The notes: generated by a model not told the origin, from the sequence alone. A stretch of DNA of 64,000 nt from Octopus vulgaris (GCA_951406725.2 OX597828.1:17918001-17982000), one strand, 5' to 3'. Positions 24,868 through 40,494 are shown, counted from the stretch's first letter. Numbers and translations: made by a program.

Positions 24868-25717
24868 TGTTACGCTACGAGACAGAGCACGTTATTCAAA
24901 TGTAACAAACTACTTCAAATCCTTACGCGGATAGGATACACTTCCCTGAACCTTCAATAAATTTAGTTCTGGAATCTATCTACGACGGTGCAACGAGTAC
25001 AGTGTGTGAACCCGTGTGTGTCTTTGATGACACATTGTGTGTTCAACCACCCACTTGTGAACGCAGGAACAAATCCGTATTTACTTTAGGGATGACGTTT
25101 GTCTATCGTTATGCATTGTTCGTACTCAATCGTGGTGTTGTCGACACTACTTTCGTGCATTCACTATTCAAATACCTGGTTTTCTCGAATCCTGGAAATT
25201 TTATGCAAAGATGATGCTGTGAGCTCGATTCCTGGTCTGGGCTGTGGTGTTGCGTCGCTTAACATGACAATTTATATTACGTTGCTCCACTTCACTCTGC
25301 TGTAGAAATGAGTTGCGATGTCACAGGTGAGAAGTTGTATCGACCTTTGCCTTTCCCTTTGGATAACATCAGTGCCGTGGAGATTGGCTGGTATCCATGG
25401 GCCACTGCTGGTCTTCTATAAACAACCTTGTCCAGACTTGTGCCTCGAAAGGGAACTTTGTAGGTCTAATACCATGGTCATTTATAATCGAAAGGATCCT
25501 TCACCATATATATATATGTGTGTGTATGTGTGTGTGCGTGTGTGTGTTTCTGTCGTTAGCTTGCGGCTAAGCTGGGGCACCTCCTTGAACAATCTTTAGT
25601 CAAATGAATCGACTCCGGTACTTTGTTCAAAGCCAGGTACTTATTCTATCAGTGTCTAATTCACAACTGTTAACTTACGGGAATATAAACACCAACATTG
25701 GTTGTCAGACACAAAGA

Positions 25718-25763
<46 letters not shown>

Positions 25764-26086
25764 CACACACATCTATATATTTAACGATTTCGATTAAGTG
25801 TAACAAGAGCAAGTTATTGGAACTCAATATACTTACATTTTGCAGTAAGCCTGCATATCAGTACACAGCGGAATATTAATTAATTAACGAAAGACAAAAG
25901 AACAGTCATCACTTAATTACTTTGATTAAATTATAGCTGTTTCTGCTGTGGAACCGTACGCCGGAGTCCCAGTGCAACATCATATAACTTCTTATAATTA
26001 TAAAATGTTTCTCCTGTCTCCACAGTCGGAAACTACGCAGTTAAGCGTGAAATTCAGAGGAGACTGATGATATTGATGTAAAATTG

Positions 26087-26560
26087 ACGCAGGCGTGGCT
26101 GTGTGGTAAGAAGCTTGCTTCCCAACCACGTGCTTCTGGGTTCGTTCCTACTGCATGGCACCTTGGGCCAGTGTTTTGTACTAAAGTCTCGGGCCGAGCA
26201 AAGGCTTATGAGTGTATTTGGTAGATGGAAACTGAAAGACTCCCGTCGTATATATGTATATACTTATGTGTGTGGGTGTGTGTGTGCCGATGTCTGTGTT
26301 TGTTTCCCCGCCCACCATCACCGCTTCACAACCGGTGTGATGTGTTTACGTCCTCGTAACTTAGGAGTTCGGCAAAGGAGATTGATAGAATAGGTACTAG
26401 GTTTTAAGAAAGTCCTGGAGTCGATTTGCTCTGCCAAAACCCTTCAAGGTGGTGCTCCAGTATGGGCGTAGTCAAATGACTGAAGCAAGTAAAAGAATAA
26501 AAGAACAAAAGAATAAAAGAATAAAGGAATAAAACAATCAAAGTAAAAGAATAAAAGAAT
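26087..26560 (+). mobile_element. SINE family A, diverged full-length copy with (AAAGAATA)n tail
   Basis: Colinear with 19404-19851. Confidence 0.85.
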
Positions 26561-26676
26561 ATATGCACTGCCTCTCTCCCTCTTTCACTCACTCTCTCTC
26601 TCTCTCTCTCTCAGACACACATACACACACCCTCAAATGCGTTTCGCTGGTACACATACATGCTCGCTTGTACATA

Positions 26677-27885
26677 TCGGGTCATTAAGAATAAAATGTC
26701 CGATTTTGAACTGAAAGTTTATTTTACTTTATCTCAACAAAAAGCAATACAGTTAATCAAAGAATACACCTAAATTATCAACACAATGTTGCCATTTTAT
26801 CGGTAGCTTATTCATGGTGGCAGCGAAGAGTTCTGGAGAGCAGGAGGTGAGGAAATCACGAGAGGCTGTTTTTGCATCTTCTTCAAAATTGAAGCTTTTT
26901 CCTTGCAAAAAGTTGTTTATTGCCTGGAAAACATGATAGTCAGTTGGTGCAAGGTCTGGTGAATATGGTAGATGACAGAGTACTTCCAAGTTCAGGTCCT
27001 ATTGCTCGAGTAGCGTTCTTTGTGCAGCATGTGGTCGAGCATTCTCTTGCAAGAGAATTGGTCTGTTTCTATTGACTAATCACGGATGTTTAATTACAAG
27101 CTCATTCATCATTTCATCCACTTGCTTGATGTATACGTATTTGGTGAATATTCTTTTTTTGGATTGTGTTTTGGCACTTCTTCTCTATCCAACCACGGCG
27201 CAGAACGCTTGCTATTGTTGAAAGAAATCCTTTTCTCACTACATGTGACAATACGATGCAAAAACAGTTCGCTTTTATGCCGTGACAGCAAAGAGCAGCA
27301 AGTTTCAAGATGATGTGTCATTTGATGCTCGTTCAGTTCGTGTGGTGCCCACTTGTCCAGCTTTTTTTCTTTGCCGATCTGTTTCAGATGGTCCAATACA
27401 GTTTGAATCGAAGCATCAAACATTGCTGCTAACTCACGCGTAGTTTGCGATGTATCCGCTTCCACTACAATTTCCTGCTCATAATTATCCACCTTGGTAT
27501 CAGGTCTGCCACGGGTTTTATTTTCAAGAGTACAGTCACCAGACAAGAACTTCTCAAACCATCGACATACTGTGTGCTCATTCGCCACATCTTAACCAAA
27601 GTCTTCATTGATGTTTCGAGCTGTCTGGGATGCATTGGTTCCATTACGGAACTTATATTCATAAACAACACGGAGTTTACATTTATTCATGTGTTCACAA
27701 AAACTGATTTACAAGAAAACAAAAAAACTCACAATATAATCAGACACAATGAATTGCATTTCGAAAAGTGATAATGTAACTCTTCAATGTTGTAAAACAA
27801 AGTATTGTCAGGATAAAACATTAGAGTTAACGACTGTCAAACTTGGTGCATGAGAAAATCGCACACTTCATTCTTAATGACCTGA
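26677..27885 (-). mobile_element. Near full-length decayed mariner (DD34D, Hsmar1/cecropia-like) transposon
   Basis: TIRs TCGGGTCATTAAGAATAAAATGT / ACACTTCATTCTTAATGACCTGA with TA on both sides. Frameshifted transposase pieces include GRPDTKVDN, KWAPHEL and HLPYSPDLAPTDYHVF. Confidence 0.93.
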
Positions 27886-28838
27886 TACATACGTATAAGG
27901 TGCAGAGAGAGAATGAAAGCCAACAGCCAGGTAGATATACTATGTGTCTGCATTGCAAATTCGGGTTTAAAATATTTCTGCTGCACAATATATTTCATTT
28001 TATTGAAAACATTTTCTTAACATGTTTTAAAGCCTTTTAATATTGTTCGGGATTCGATAAGGCAATTCCTAATTCCATATGTAGTTTATTCAATTCAATA
28101 CCATATAGCCTTCTGGTCAATAGAGATTGAGCAAATAATTCTATTTAACGCATTAATGCGAGCAATAACATAAATACGTGCCCCCAAGCACTTAGAGATC
28201 AACTCAAAACGCATCTCTCCATATATTCAAATATTAATACAATCTACAGTGTTTGTCAGAAAGAATTATACTTCAAATAAACAAAAAAGTAATAGAAATT
28301 TGTCCTAAAACACCTGGAAGATCATTAAATTAGTAAAATACGAGGAAAACGGTGAATATTTCATCGTTATAAATTTCCCCAAAACGTATCTACACAAACA
28401 TTATGGTTTTATGTTCCGTGTCATCCACCAACCCCAGTGTAATCCCCCTGCTTGTATTGGATATGGAAGTCAACTGCCTCTATAATATTCGCTCTTTAGA
28501 GGAAGCTCCCAGCTCGTTAATTATGTAAATATTCCGATATGCTCTTCGTTCTCACGCATAATGCACGTACGTACGTACGTACGTAGATTATCAGGCCCCG
28601 AATTCGCAAGCACTCACATTTTACATGTACACAGGTAAGTGCATACACACAGGCGCACATACGCACACATACACACAGTCAACTCACGCACACATACACA
28701 TAGGCAGACACGCACGCACTGCTATGTATATATAACTATATAGATATAATTATATATATATATAAATATATATGTATGCATATATATATACACATATATA
28801 CACATGTATGCACACACACGTATATATACACACGCACT

Positions 28839-28905
<67 letters not shown>

Positions 28906-29039
28906 CATGTATGTATCCGTTACTAAAGTGATGTCTCATTATATAGTATGTGTTTGTGCGTTTGTGTGTGTGTGTATGTATGTATGTATCATGTGTGTAT
29001 GTATTTGTGGATATTTATGTGTTTATGGGAGTTTATGTG

Positions 29040-29125
29040 CAAAGCCTGGGAAGAGAGAGAGAAAAAATGAAGGGAAGAGAGAAAGTGAGAGTGGCGGAGT
29101 TGAGGGAACACCTGGAAAGGGAGCT

Positions 29126-29170
<45 letters not shown>

Positions 29171-29335
29171 GAGAGAAATAAAGGAACAGCAAAAAATATA
29201 GGCAAACAGAGAGAGAGAGAGAGAGATGGGATGAGATAGGAAGAGATAATAAAGGGAAAATGAGAGAGAAAAGGGGGTAAGAAGAGAAAGAGTAAGTCGA
29301 AGAGTGTGAAAGAGAGATACAGAGATAAAAATAAA
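29040..29335. repeat. GA-rich polypurine tract
   Basis: (GA)n runs with purine-rich spacers. Confidence 0.85.
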
Positions 29336-29370
29336 CATCTCGCGCCTCTGCGTGTGTATTTGTGTGTGCG

Positions 29371-29424
<54 letters not shown>

Positions 29425-29694
29425 TGTGTAGGAGCGCGCGTGCGTGTAATCACGAAAACAAAATTGCCTTCTTGAACATGGAAGGCAATCAAAAACAGCT
29501 GCGAAATTATCGGAATGTCGATTGTTCGATCCTTTTGGGCCCAACAGCAAAAAGCCACACTTAACGAGGTGTTATCACACTATCCATTATAGAAGAAATA
29601 TTATAAGGAAGGGGAAGTGCGGAGAGGAGTAAAAGCAATCATTGTGTTGGTGATGGTGGTGATGATTGTTTGTGGTGGTCGCAGCGATGGAGAC

Positions 29695-30500
29695 AACGGC
29701 GGAGCTGCGGCAGCGGCGTCAACGGTGGAGTTGCAGTGGCGGTGGTAGCTGCGGTGGCCTCAGCGGCAATGGCGGCGGTAGCGGCAGCGGAGCGGCTGTA
29801 GCGGCTGTAGCGGCAGCGGAGCGGCTGTAGCGGCAGCGGCTGTAGCGGCAGCGGCTGTAGCGGCAGCGGCGGTAGCGGCGGCAGCGGCAGTGGAGCGGCT
29901 GTAGCGGCAGCGGTGCGGCTGTAGCGGCTGTTGCGGCTGTAGCGGCAGCGGCTGTAGCGGCAGCGGTGCGGCTGTAGCGGCTGTTGCGGCTGTAGCGGCA
30001 GCGGAGCGGCTGTAGCGGCAGCGGAGCGGCTGTAGCGGCAGCGGAGCGGCTGTAGCGGCAGCGGTGCGGCGGTAGCGGCAGCGGAGCGGCGGTAGCCAGC
30101 GGTGCGGCGGTAGCAGCGGAGCGGCGGTAGCGGCAGCGGTGCGGCGGTAGCGGCAGCGGAGCGGCGGTGGCGGTAGCGGAGCGGCGGTAGCGGCAGCGGA
30201 GCGGCTGTAGCAGCGGAGCGGCTGTAGCGGTAGCGGCAGCGGAGCGGCTGTAGCGGTAGCGGAGCGGCGGTGGTGTCAGCAGCGGCAGGGCGTAGCGGCG
30301 GGAACGGCAACGGTGAGAGTGGCGGCAGCAGGAGAGTCGGCAGCAGCGGCGGTGACAGCGCTGGAGGTGGTGCGGGACGGTAGTGGCGGTGTTGGTGGTG
30401 GTGGTGGTGGTGGTGGTGGTGGTGGCGGCGGCGGCGGTGGTGGTGGTGGTGGCGGCGGCGGCGGTGGTGGTAGTTGTGGTGGTAGCGGCGGCGGTGTGAT
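29695..30500. repeat. GC/CpG-rich minisatellite (20-bp GCGGAGCGGCTGTAGCGGCA and 15-bp variants) followed by (GGT)n(GGC)n
   Basis: Exact tandem units at 30001-30060 with variant units on both sides. Confidence 0.9.
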
Positions 30501-30804
30501 GTGGGGTGCAGGGGCGGAACGGTAAACCTTCGCTCGAGATTAACGTAACAGTATTTTTAATATGTTGCCGCAACATTGAGATTAACATTGTCTTTTAATC
30601 GATCTCAGGGCTGCTCGTTGTTGTTGTTGTTATTGATGTTGTTGTTGTTGTTATTGCGGTTGTTATTGTTGGTAAAGTTGTTACTGTTATTGTCACAATC
30701 GTTGCTATTTTTGCTATTGCAACTGTTGCTCTTGCAGCTGTAAGTGCTGTGGTTTGTTTTTCGTTATTGTTGTTGGTATTTTTTATTGTTATTTCTGTTG
30801 CTTC

Positions 30805-31480
<676 letters not shown>

Positions 31481-31483
31481 AAG

Positions 31484-32330
<847 letters not shown>

Positions 32331-32385
32331 ACACATATATATATATATTGAGAGAGAGACCCACAGAGAGAGAAAGAGGGGGTGA

Positions 32386-33593
32386 CAGAGGGTGTCTAAG
32401 GTATTTGAGGGCATACCTTTTGGGGGTGGGTCATTGCTGCATTCTTTGTTTCAGAAAATAATAATGGCAGAACCTCGGCTCTAGAAATGAAGAGGTATGT
32501 TGTTATTGTGGTTATAAAGGCTAAGCATAGCGATTTAGAAATATCTCGATTTTTAAAAGTTGCCAGATCTTTCGTCTACAAAGTTTCTAATGAACTAGAG
32601 ATTGAGGATGGAAACATATCACCAGTATCAAAGCATAAAAAAGCTTTCTAAACGCTCCGAAATCATCGGAACACCTGAATTTATCAAGCACGTTCAACAG
32701 ATCATGGATTACAATCCCAGTAAGTCCAAGAAGCTAACTGCAAAAGATTTCCATGTGTCAGAAGGAACAGTCATAAATATTGTCCACGAAGACATTAGAT
32801 ATATGTCTTATATGATGAGGAAAGGTCAGTTTGTCAGAGAAAGCAAAAGAAAATCATTAAATCAGATATAAAAGGCTCTTTAACAAACTGAAAAATTCCA
32901 GCAGAAGATTTAATTTGGTTTTTCTCAAAGAAGAAAAACTTTGACTAAGATCAAAAACTTCACAGAAGAAATGACAGATGGTTATGTGCATACAAAACTT
33001 CCTGCAGCTGTCATGGTTTTAGGGGTTGTCAGTAATGAAGGATATGTGATGCCTTCTTACTTCTTTCGACAAGGCTTTACAGTTAAATCTGCCGCCTACA
33101 TTGAGGTCCTGAAAATAATTGATAAGCCTTAGATAGACAGTGTATGCAATAGATGGCCATTTGTGTTTCAGTAAGACTCTACACTTTCACACATGTCTCT
33201 ACTAACACAGGAATGGATAGCTGAAAATTTTCATGATCACATAACCCCTAACATTTGGTCTCCTAATTCCCCATATCTCAATCCATTGGACTATTACATG
33301 TGGAGCGTTGTTGAGAGAGAGGTCAATGAACACGCCCATAACACCAAAGATATTTTGAAAGTTGCCATAGACCGAGTAATGTCCAAAATTATCCAGGACC
33401 ACTTGATTCGAGCATGTAGATGATTTAGATCTCGTATAGAAGCAGTTGTTAAAGCTGAAGGTCGCTTTATTGAATAACGTTATAGAAAAGAAGGTTTATT
33501 TTGATCCTCATAGACTTTTATTGATAAGTAAAATTATTATCTGTCAATACATATATTTTTTCTTTATATAAGCATGAATCTTCGCACCCTCTG
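32386..33593 (+). mobile_element. Decayed Tc1/mariner-superfamily transposon, DD37D (maT)-like
   Basis: Terminal CAGAGGGTG / CACCCTCTG-TA. Broken transposase includes AVMVLGVVSNEG..PSYFF and WSPNSPYLNPLDYYMWSVVE (WPPNSPDLNPLDY type). Confidence 0.88.
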
Positions 33594-33606
33594 TACATAT
33601 ATGTAC

Positions 33607-33718
<112 letters not shown>

Positions 33719-34074
33719 GTATATGTATATACGACGGACTTTCAGGTTCTAGAAACTGTAATTGTCCGCTTCGAATTGCGCGACGTGTTAGAATGTAAAC
33801 GGCTTCCTGTTATGTTGTTTGCTGCTGTTCGTCCCTCATCTTTTCGCTGATGGCTCAAGGTAGGATCCGCGAAAGAATACATTATTTCTCTAAGAATATT
33901 GGCCATGATTCCAGGAAGATATGACAGCCCGATGAAGCTACTACCACATATCTCTGATGCTAACATCTATATACGTATACATCTGATATATCTAGGCAAA
34001 AAATAAATTCGTAATTTCAACAAATTCAATATTATGATAAAATTTATATACTTATATATGCGTGCGTTTGTATA

Positions 34075-34272
34075 TATATATGTGTGTGTTTCTAGATAAA
34101 TATGCGTGCGTGTGTGACTATACATATGTTCTGATATACGTATATATATATTGATATATGTATATTGGATGTATATATGTATATGTATGTATGTATGAAT
34201 GCATATATGTGTATATTATGTATGTATAACCTTGCACATGCATATAAATACACACTCATATATATACATATA

Positions 34273-34321
<49 letters not shown>

Positions 34322-34485
34322 TTCTAGATAAATATGTGTGCGTGTGTGACTATACATATGTTCTGATATACATATATATATATTGATATATGTATATTGG
34401 ATGTATATATGTATTTGTATGTATGTATGCATATGTGTGTATGTTATGTATGTATAACCTTGCACATGCATATAAATACACACTC

Positions 34486-34525
<40 letters not shown>

Positions 34526-34680
34526 TTCTAGATAAATATGTATGCGTGTGTGACTATACATATGTGCTGATATTCGTATATATACTAATATATGTATATT
34601 GGATGTATGTATGCATATGTGTGTGTATGTATGTTATGTATGTATAACCTTGCACATGCATATAAATACATACTCATATA
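34075..34680. repeat. Three tandem copies of a 205-235 bp microsatellite-rich unit
   Basis: TTTCTAGATAAATATG..GTGACTATACATATG..TATAACCTTGCACATGCATATAAATAC recurs at about 34088, 34321 and 34525. Confidence 0.9.
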
Positions 34681-34735
34681 TATATATATATCATATATAT
34701 ATACATATATATATACGTCATATATATATATATGT

Positions 34736-34798
<63 letters not shown>

Positions 34799-35313
34799 GG
34801 CGTGCGTGTGTTTCTGTATGTTTGTAAATATGAATACGCATTATTCTGCTTTCAACGTTTTTCTTTTTTTTTATTTACTTCCAGTAATAAAAAGTACCTC
34901 TAAAAGATCTAAAAGACCGTTAAATTACTAAAATACACGCAAAACAGTGAAATTCATTGTTATAAATTACCTAAAATAAATCTGCTCAAATAATAAAATT
35001 ATGTTCCCCCTGAGTGCAATAGTTTGCTAGCATTGCGTATGGCCGTCAACGACACCTATAATATTTGCTCTTTAGATGGAGTTCCCAGTACGTCAATTAT
35101 TTTAAATATACTGATATGCTAACGTTTTCATGCATGCGTATTTTTAGAGTCTCATAGACCCAAAGGTTCATACGCACATACGTGCATACGCACACAATCA
35201 CATGTTGATTTGCTATGCATTGTGTTCTCAAATCATTTCAGGGTCATAGAAGTGCAGTCGTAATTCCTTCGGGAACTGGACTCATTTAGAACTGGCAGAG
35301 CCCATCTCTTTCT

Positions 35314-35345
<32 letters not shown>

Positions 35346-35372
35346 TGGCGTTTACCACGGTTGGTTTATTTC

Positions 35373-35970
35373 AGAGAAGGAGGAAAACGAAAAAGAAGTG
35401 GAGGTGGAGAAAGAAGTAGAGGGAACAGAAACGAAAAAGAAGAAGGAGGAGGACGAGGAGGACGAGGAGGAGAAGGAGGACGAGGAGAAGAAGAAGAATA
35501 GAAAGAAGATGAAGAAGAAGAAGAATTGAAAGAAGATGAAGAAGAAGAAGAAGAAGAAAAAGAAATGGAAAATATGGAAATGGAGGAAGGAGGAGGAGGG
35601 GAGATCGACGAGGTGGAGGAATGAATGTGAATAAGAAGAAAATGAAAAGGAGGAATAAGAAGAAAAGAGGAAGGAGAAAGAAAGAGAGGAAAAGAAAAGG
35701 ATTTAAAGAATGAGGAAGAGGAGGCATATGAAGACGTGGAAGAGGAAGAGGAGGTGGTAGAAGTAGATGAAGGTGAAGAGGACACGGAAAAAGAGAAAGA
35801 AGAAGAAGAAGAAGAAGAAGAAGAAGAAGAAGAAGAAGAAGAAAAAGAAGAAGAAGAGGTGGAGGAGGAGGTAGAGAAAGGGGAAGTAGAAGAGGGGAAG
35901 GAGGAATAGTAAGGGCAAGATGAGGAGGAAGAGGATCAAGATGAAGAAGGGGAAGCCGTGAAGTAGGTAG
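35373..35970. repeat. GAA/GGA polypurine low-complexity block
   Basis: Direct reading. Confidence 0.9.
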
Positions 35971-36010
35971 TTTTAAGAAATTTCGGTAGAAGTAGAGTAA
36001 AATTATTTTA

Positions 36011-36900
36011 TTGGGTTGAGGACAAAGTTCCTGCATCTTATTAAAATAATGCTTTTTATATATTTTTTGTGGTGTGTGTGTTTATTCAGCGAGCGTTGGG
36101 TCCCAAAAGGTCAAACTCCTTGATCCGTTCCAAAGTAAAATCAATTTGGAAAGAAAAGCATTATTTCCTTTTGGTGGAATTTCGAAGGAATCTTGCACTT
36201 TAAACTTGTGATGAGTGGTCGCACCATTAATGCTGAACTTTACTGCGAGCAACTAGATCGAGTCTACGATGCGCTGGTTGAAAAGGACCCAAGACTTGTT
36301 CGTCGAAAACGAGCTTTGTTCCAACAAGACAATGGAAAGCCGCATATATCGCCAGAAAGACCAGCAACAAGATTGAAGAATTGGACGGTGTGGAAGTTCT
36401 GCTGCATCCAGCCTAGAGTCCAGTCGTTGCTCCATCTGGCTATGGTCTCTGCCGATCAATGAAGCACTTTATGAAGGATGAGGAGTGGGGAGGAGGAGGA
36501 GGAAGAAGAAGAAGGGGGAGAAAGAAGTAGAAGAAGAAGAAGAAGAAGAAGAAGAAGAAGAAGAAGAAGGGGAGGAAGATTAAGAAGAAGTGAAGGAAGA
36601 TAAAAAGAAAAAGAAGAAGAAGAAGGGGAAGAAGAAGAAGGGGAAGAAGAAGAAGAGGAGGTGAGATGGACAGAGTGAAGGAATATGAATAAGAAGAAAA
36701 GAGGAAGGCAAAAGAAGGAAAGGAAAAAGTAAAAGATTTGGAGGATGAGTAAGAGGAGGCAGATGATGACGTGGAAGAGGAAGGTCACCGATTTGATACA
36801 TTCGATGAAGTTGAAGAAATTTATCAAGAATTTTTCGATTCCAAGCCCAAGGATATATAGAGTTATGGTATATATGTTAAGAACGTAGTAGAATACTGCA
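36011..36900 (+). mobile_element. Internally deleted mariner remnant split by a polypurine insertion (about 36478-36784)
   Basis: TA-TTGGGTTG TIR-like start; GRTINAELYCEQLDRV..LFQQDNGKPH..RSMKHFMK; the frame resumes at about 36785 as HRFDTFDEVEEIYQEFFDSKPKD. Confidence 0.8.
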
Positions 36901-37379
36901 TAAAGCCCGTCCATCTTCAGAATTAGCTAATCATTAGGCCGAGGAACGGCTTCATTAAATGCAGTGTGTTAACTTGGAAACTCCAGGCAACAAAGAAACC
37001 TTCATTTAATTAATCTATTCACGGCCTGATGATTAGGTAAGTTGAGTATCCCTCGTTGAGTAATTATTACCAGAGTATCGGATCGCTAAGAAACTTATGT
37101 ACCCTACACGTTACCCGTTCCACTCAGCCATTTTCGGTTTTTACTCGCATTTGTAGCAAATAAATAAACCTCTAACCGTTGGATGTTCAGAAACTTTCAG
37201 CTCATTAAACTTCCTTGTTACTTCGGTATGAGAAAAGTGTGTAATCTTCGATGCCAAAAAATTGCAGTTGTTCTTCATCGTACAATGTACACATTTTGCC
37301 TTCTATACCTGCCACTGACTGGTTTGAAGCTTACAAAAGCTTTATTATTGGATCCCTGGATCTTAATCTTGAATATCAG

Positions 37380-37432
<53 letters not shown>

Positions 37433-37437
37433 AAATA

Positions 37438-37557
<120 letters not shown>

Positions 37558-37562
37558 GTGTG

Positions 37563-37653
<91 letters not shown>

Positions 37654-38107
37654 TATATATTATGCATATGTACATACACATATGAATGTGGTAGGTGTGG
37701 GCTGGAGAAATATAAGTTCTTAGTTGACAATCTGCCAGTGATGCTAACGAGTGATTTCCAAGGAAGAATTTGCACAACTTTCAAGTTGTCCGATAGGGAT
37801 GGAGATCATAAGAGAAGTAAAACGGAGTATGTATATATGTATGTATGTATCTATGTATGTATGTATGTATGTATGTATGTATGTATGTATATAAGAGAGT
37901 GCCAGAAACGGGGGGAAAGAGGGAGAGACGATGTAGTGGTATTGGGATACAGTTTCACATACACATATAAATATATGCATATATGCATATATATGTACAC
38001 ACACACAGATATATATATATGTGTATACATATATATATACATATATTTATAAGCTTAAACACATATATGCAGGTACATACACACACGCACATATATATAT
38101 ATACATA

Positions 38108-38140
<33 letters not shown>

Positions 38141-38366
38141 GCATATATATATATATATATATATATATAGATGTATATATATGCATATATACATCTATGT
38201 ACATATACATATATATGTATATATGTATATATATACATATACATGCATACACGTATATACATATATACACAGACACACACAGAGATAGATAGATAGATAG
38301 ATAGATACGAAAAAGAAGATAGTGGAGGAGGAGGAGGGGGAAAAGAAAAAGATGGAAAAATAGTAG

Positions 38367-38482
38367 TAGAAGAAGAAGAAGAAGAAGAAGAAGAAGAAGA
38401 AGAAGAAGAAGAAGAAGAAGAAGAAGAAGAAGAAGAAGAAGAAGAAGAAGAAGAAGAAGAAGAAGAAGAAGAAGAAGAAGAA
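38367..38482. repeat. Pure (GAA)n microsatellite
   Basis: Direct reading. Confidence 0.97.
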
Positions 38483-39934
38483 ACCGGTAGAGACCGCCAT
38501 AGACAGACAGACGTACAGACATACTAACTAGACAAAAGAAGTTATTTATGCATCTGGTAAATTCTTTTGATTGTTTAATTTCGCATAAAATGAAACGTTG
38601 AAAATGGCGCTAAATTGAATCATAGTTTTTCGAAACAATCTCTCATACCTAATCCAATTCCGGTTCTAACTAACTGCCGACAGCAAAAATACCAATGCTA
38701 TTTTTGTGACAATCACCGTTAAGAATCTATATCAGCAAGTTTTATAAAATCGCGCTCATATTGGTATGTTTGTCTTTAATCAACCTTCTACAAATTGCTT
38801 GTTTACACAATATGTGACTTGACCAGGGGCTTAGTTCATTTATACTTTCAGCACTTGGCTGAATCCTATCTTTTGCAAAGTAATATCAAGCAAGGATATT
38901 TTTCTACGAGACAGATTTTTCGGCTAAATTGTGATTGCTGTTTGAAAACATTATCAGCGGAAAGGAAAAGATCATCAACCGAATGATTAGGCATGACTTT
39001 CTCGTCTTCGAACTCTTTACCAAAACCGTCCTTAATTTAATACTGTCTCTCTTGATTTCTGCAAACGCATCACATTTTCCTAATGATAGATGCATTAGGA
39101 ACAAATGTAACGGCAAAACCAAAGTCGCTTAGAAGCAAAGTGAAACAAGCATGTTATTTAGCATTATATGATCTCCTACACACAAGTAAATTAATACCAT
39201 TCCCGAGAGATATATATTTTTCTTTCATTTGCTACCACAGACAGACACATGGTCTTCTGTTTATGCCATTACCGAATTGATGTCTTCTATATATTTAAAT
39301 TGGTACTGTGCTTTAGATTTCTTCTTTTCATTTTTATTCTATTTGTTTCCCATACTATCGCTAAACACTCTCCGGAAAAGAAAACGTAGTTGTCGTACTC
39401 GTACGCAAAGACTGGCGCAACAACCTCTGTGACCGTAGCTAATGTTAATCTTGTAGTTATTGTCACTGTTCTTCATTTCTCGCTGAGTGTACTCAGCTCA
39501 AGGGAGCAGTTGAGCTTAACACAACGAACTAACGAAACGTCGATCAAATCTACATTGCTCTTTACCTTTTTAATGCAGTCATTTAAGAGAAAGGAGACAG
39601 CGCCGAACTAAGCCCTACGTGGGCATTCAGTACCATTGCTCAATAATCGAGATTCGGGTATCAACGGAGACGATTTTGTTTTTCATATAATCAATTCTTA
39701 AAAATGAATATCAGTCGGTTTTGGTGATGAATGATCAGTCCCTTGAACAATACAATTAATTACCAGGAGGTCCCACGATAATAAATATATATAACTTATA
39801 AATTGATGTCAGAACGCTTTTAGACAGTATAAAACCTCTAAGATTGTTAGTTTCATACTTTAAAAAAGTCGTCACTGAATTAACTTATAATAATGCAATA
39901 TGTTAAAATGTTTCCATATATCTTTCGTTTTGGG

Positions 39935-40182
39935 TCTTTCATAAGCCCCAGAACTCGTAAGGCCAGAGGCTAAACCGGACTCCTTAGTGTGCAAATGACT
40001 GAAATAGCTTCAGTCTCAAGTGAACGGCAAGCCGACCAGTCGTAGGGTTTAGTGAAGTAAGGACTGGGCATTGAGTGGTGTAATTAAGTAAAAAACATTT
40101 TGTTTCCCTTTTCTCTCATCTTCTCAGTTTGTTCCTAAAGGTCAGCAACGGTCTTCCTCGGTCACGAGTGGACGGCCATCAT
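39935..40182 (+). mobile_element. Short non-autonomous element sharing its 3' tail with the RTE LINE at 41905-42570
   Basis: TAAAGGTCAGCAACGGTCTTCCTCGGTCACGAGTGGA occurs at 40136-40172 and 42525-42561; the upstream sequences are unrelated. Confidence 0.65.
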
Positions 40183-40215
40183 ATATGTATGTATATATGT
40201 GAGTCTTTGTGTCTG

Positions 40216-40278
<63 letters not shown>

Positions 40279-40494
40279 GTATGCGTGTTTTTGCAGCTGT
40301 GTTTGTCCCCCATCACTGGTTAACTGTGATGTTTTAACGTGCTCTCAACTTAGCATTTCGGCAAAAGAGACAGACGTTATAAGTACCAGGACCGATTCAT
40401 TCGACTAAAGATTGATTTCTAGAAATAGCTGTGAATTTAACTCTACGATGAGTAGCGGGGTACGTCAAGGCGTACTTCTTTAATCGATCTTGAA

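Noticed and set aside
24865-25190. Solo LTR (TGTTAC..TGTAAC)
   Set aside because: No clear TG..CA boundaries, target duplication or primer-binding site.
29639-30588. 223-aa and 289-aa Ala/Pro/Arg-rich ORFs
   Set aside because: Products of a 20-bp minisatellite; the same peptides cycle through all frames.
35366-36036. Ser-, Leu- or Glu-rich ORFs
   Set aside because: Translations of GAA/GGA low-complexity sequence.
38560-39900. Unique-looking region with several 60-70 aa ORFs
   Set aside because: No recognisable domain or convincing exon structure; short exons cannot be excluded without RNA-seq.
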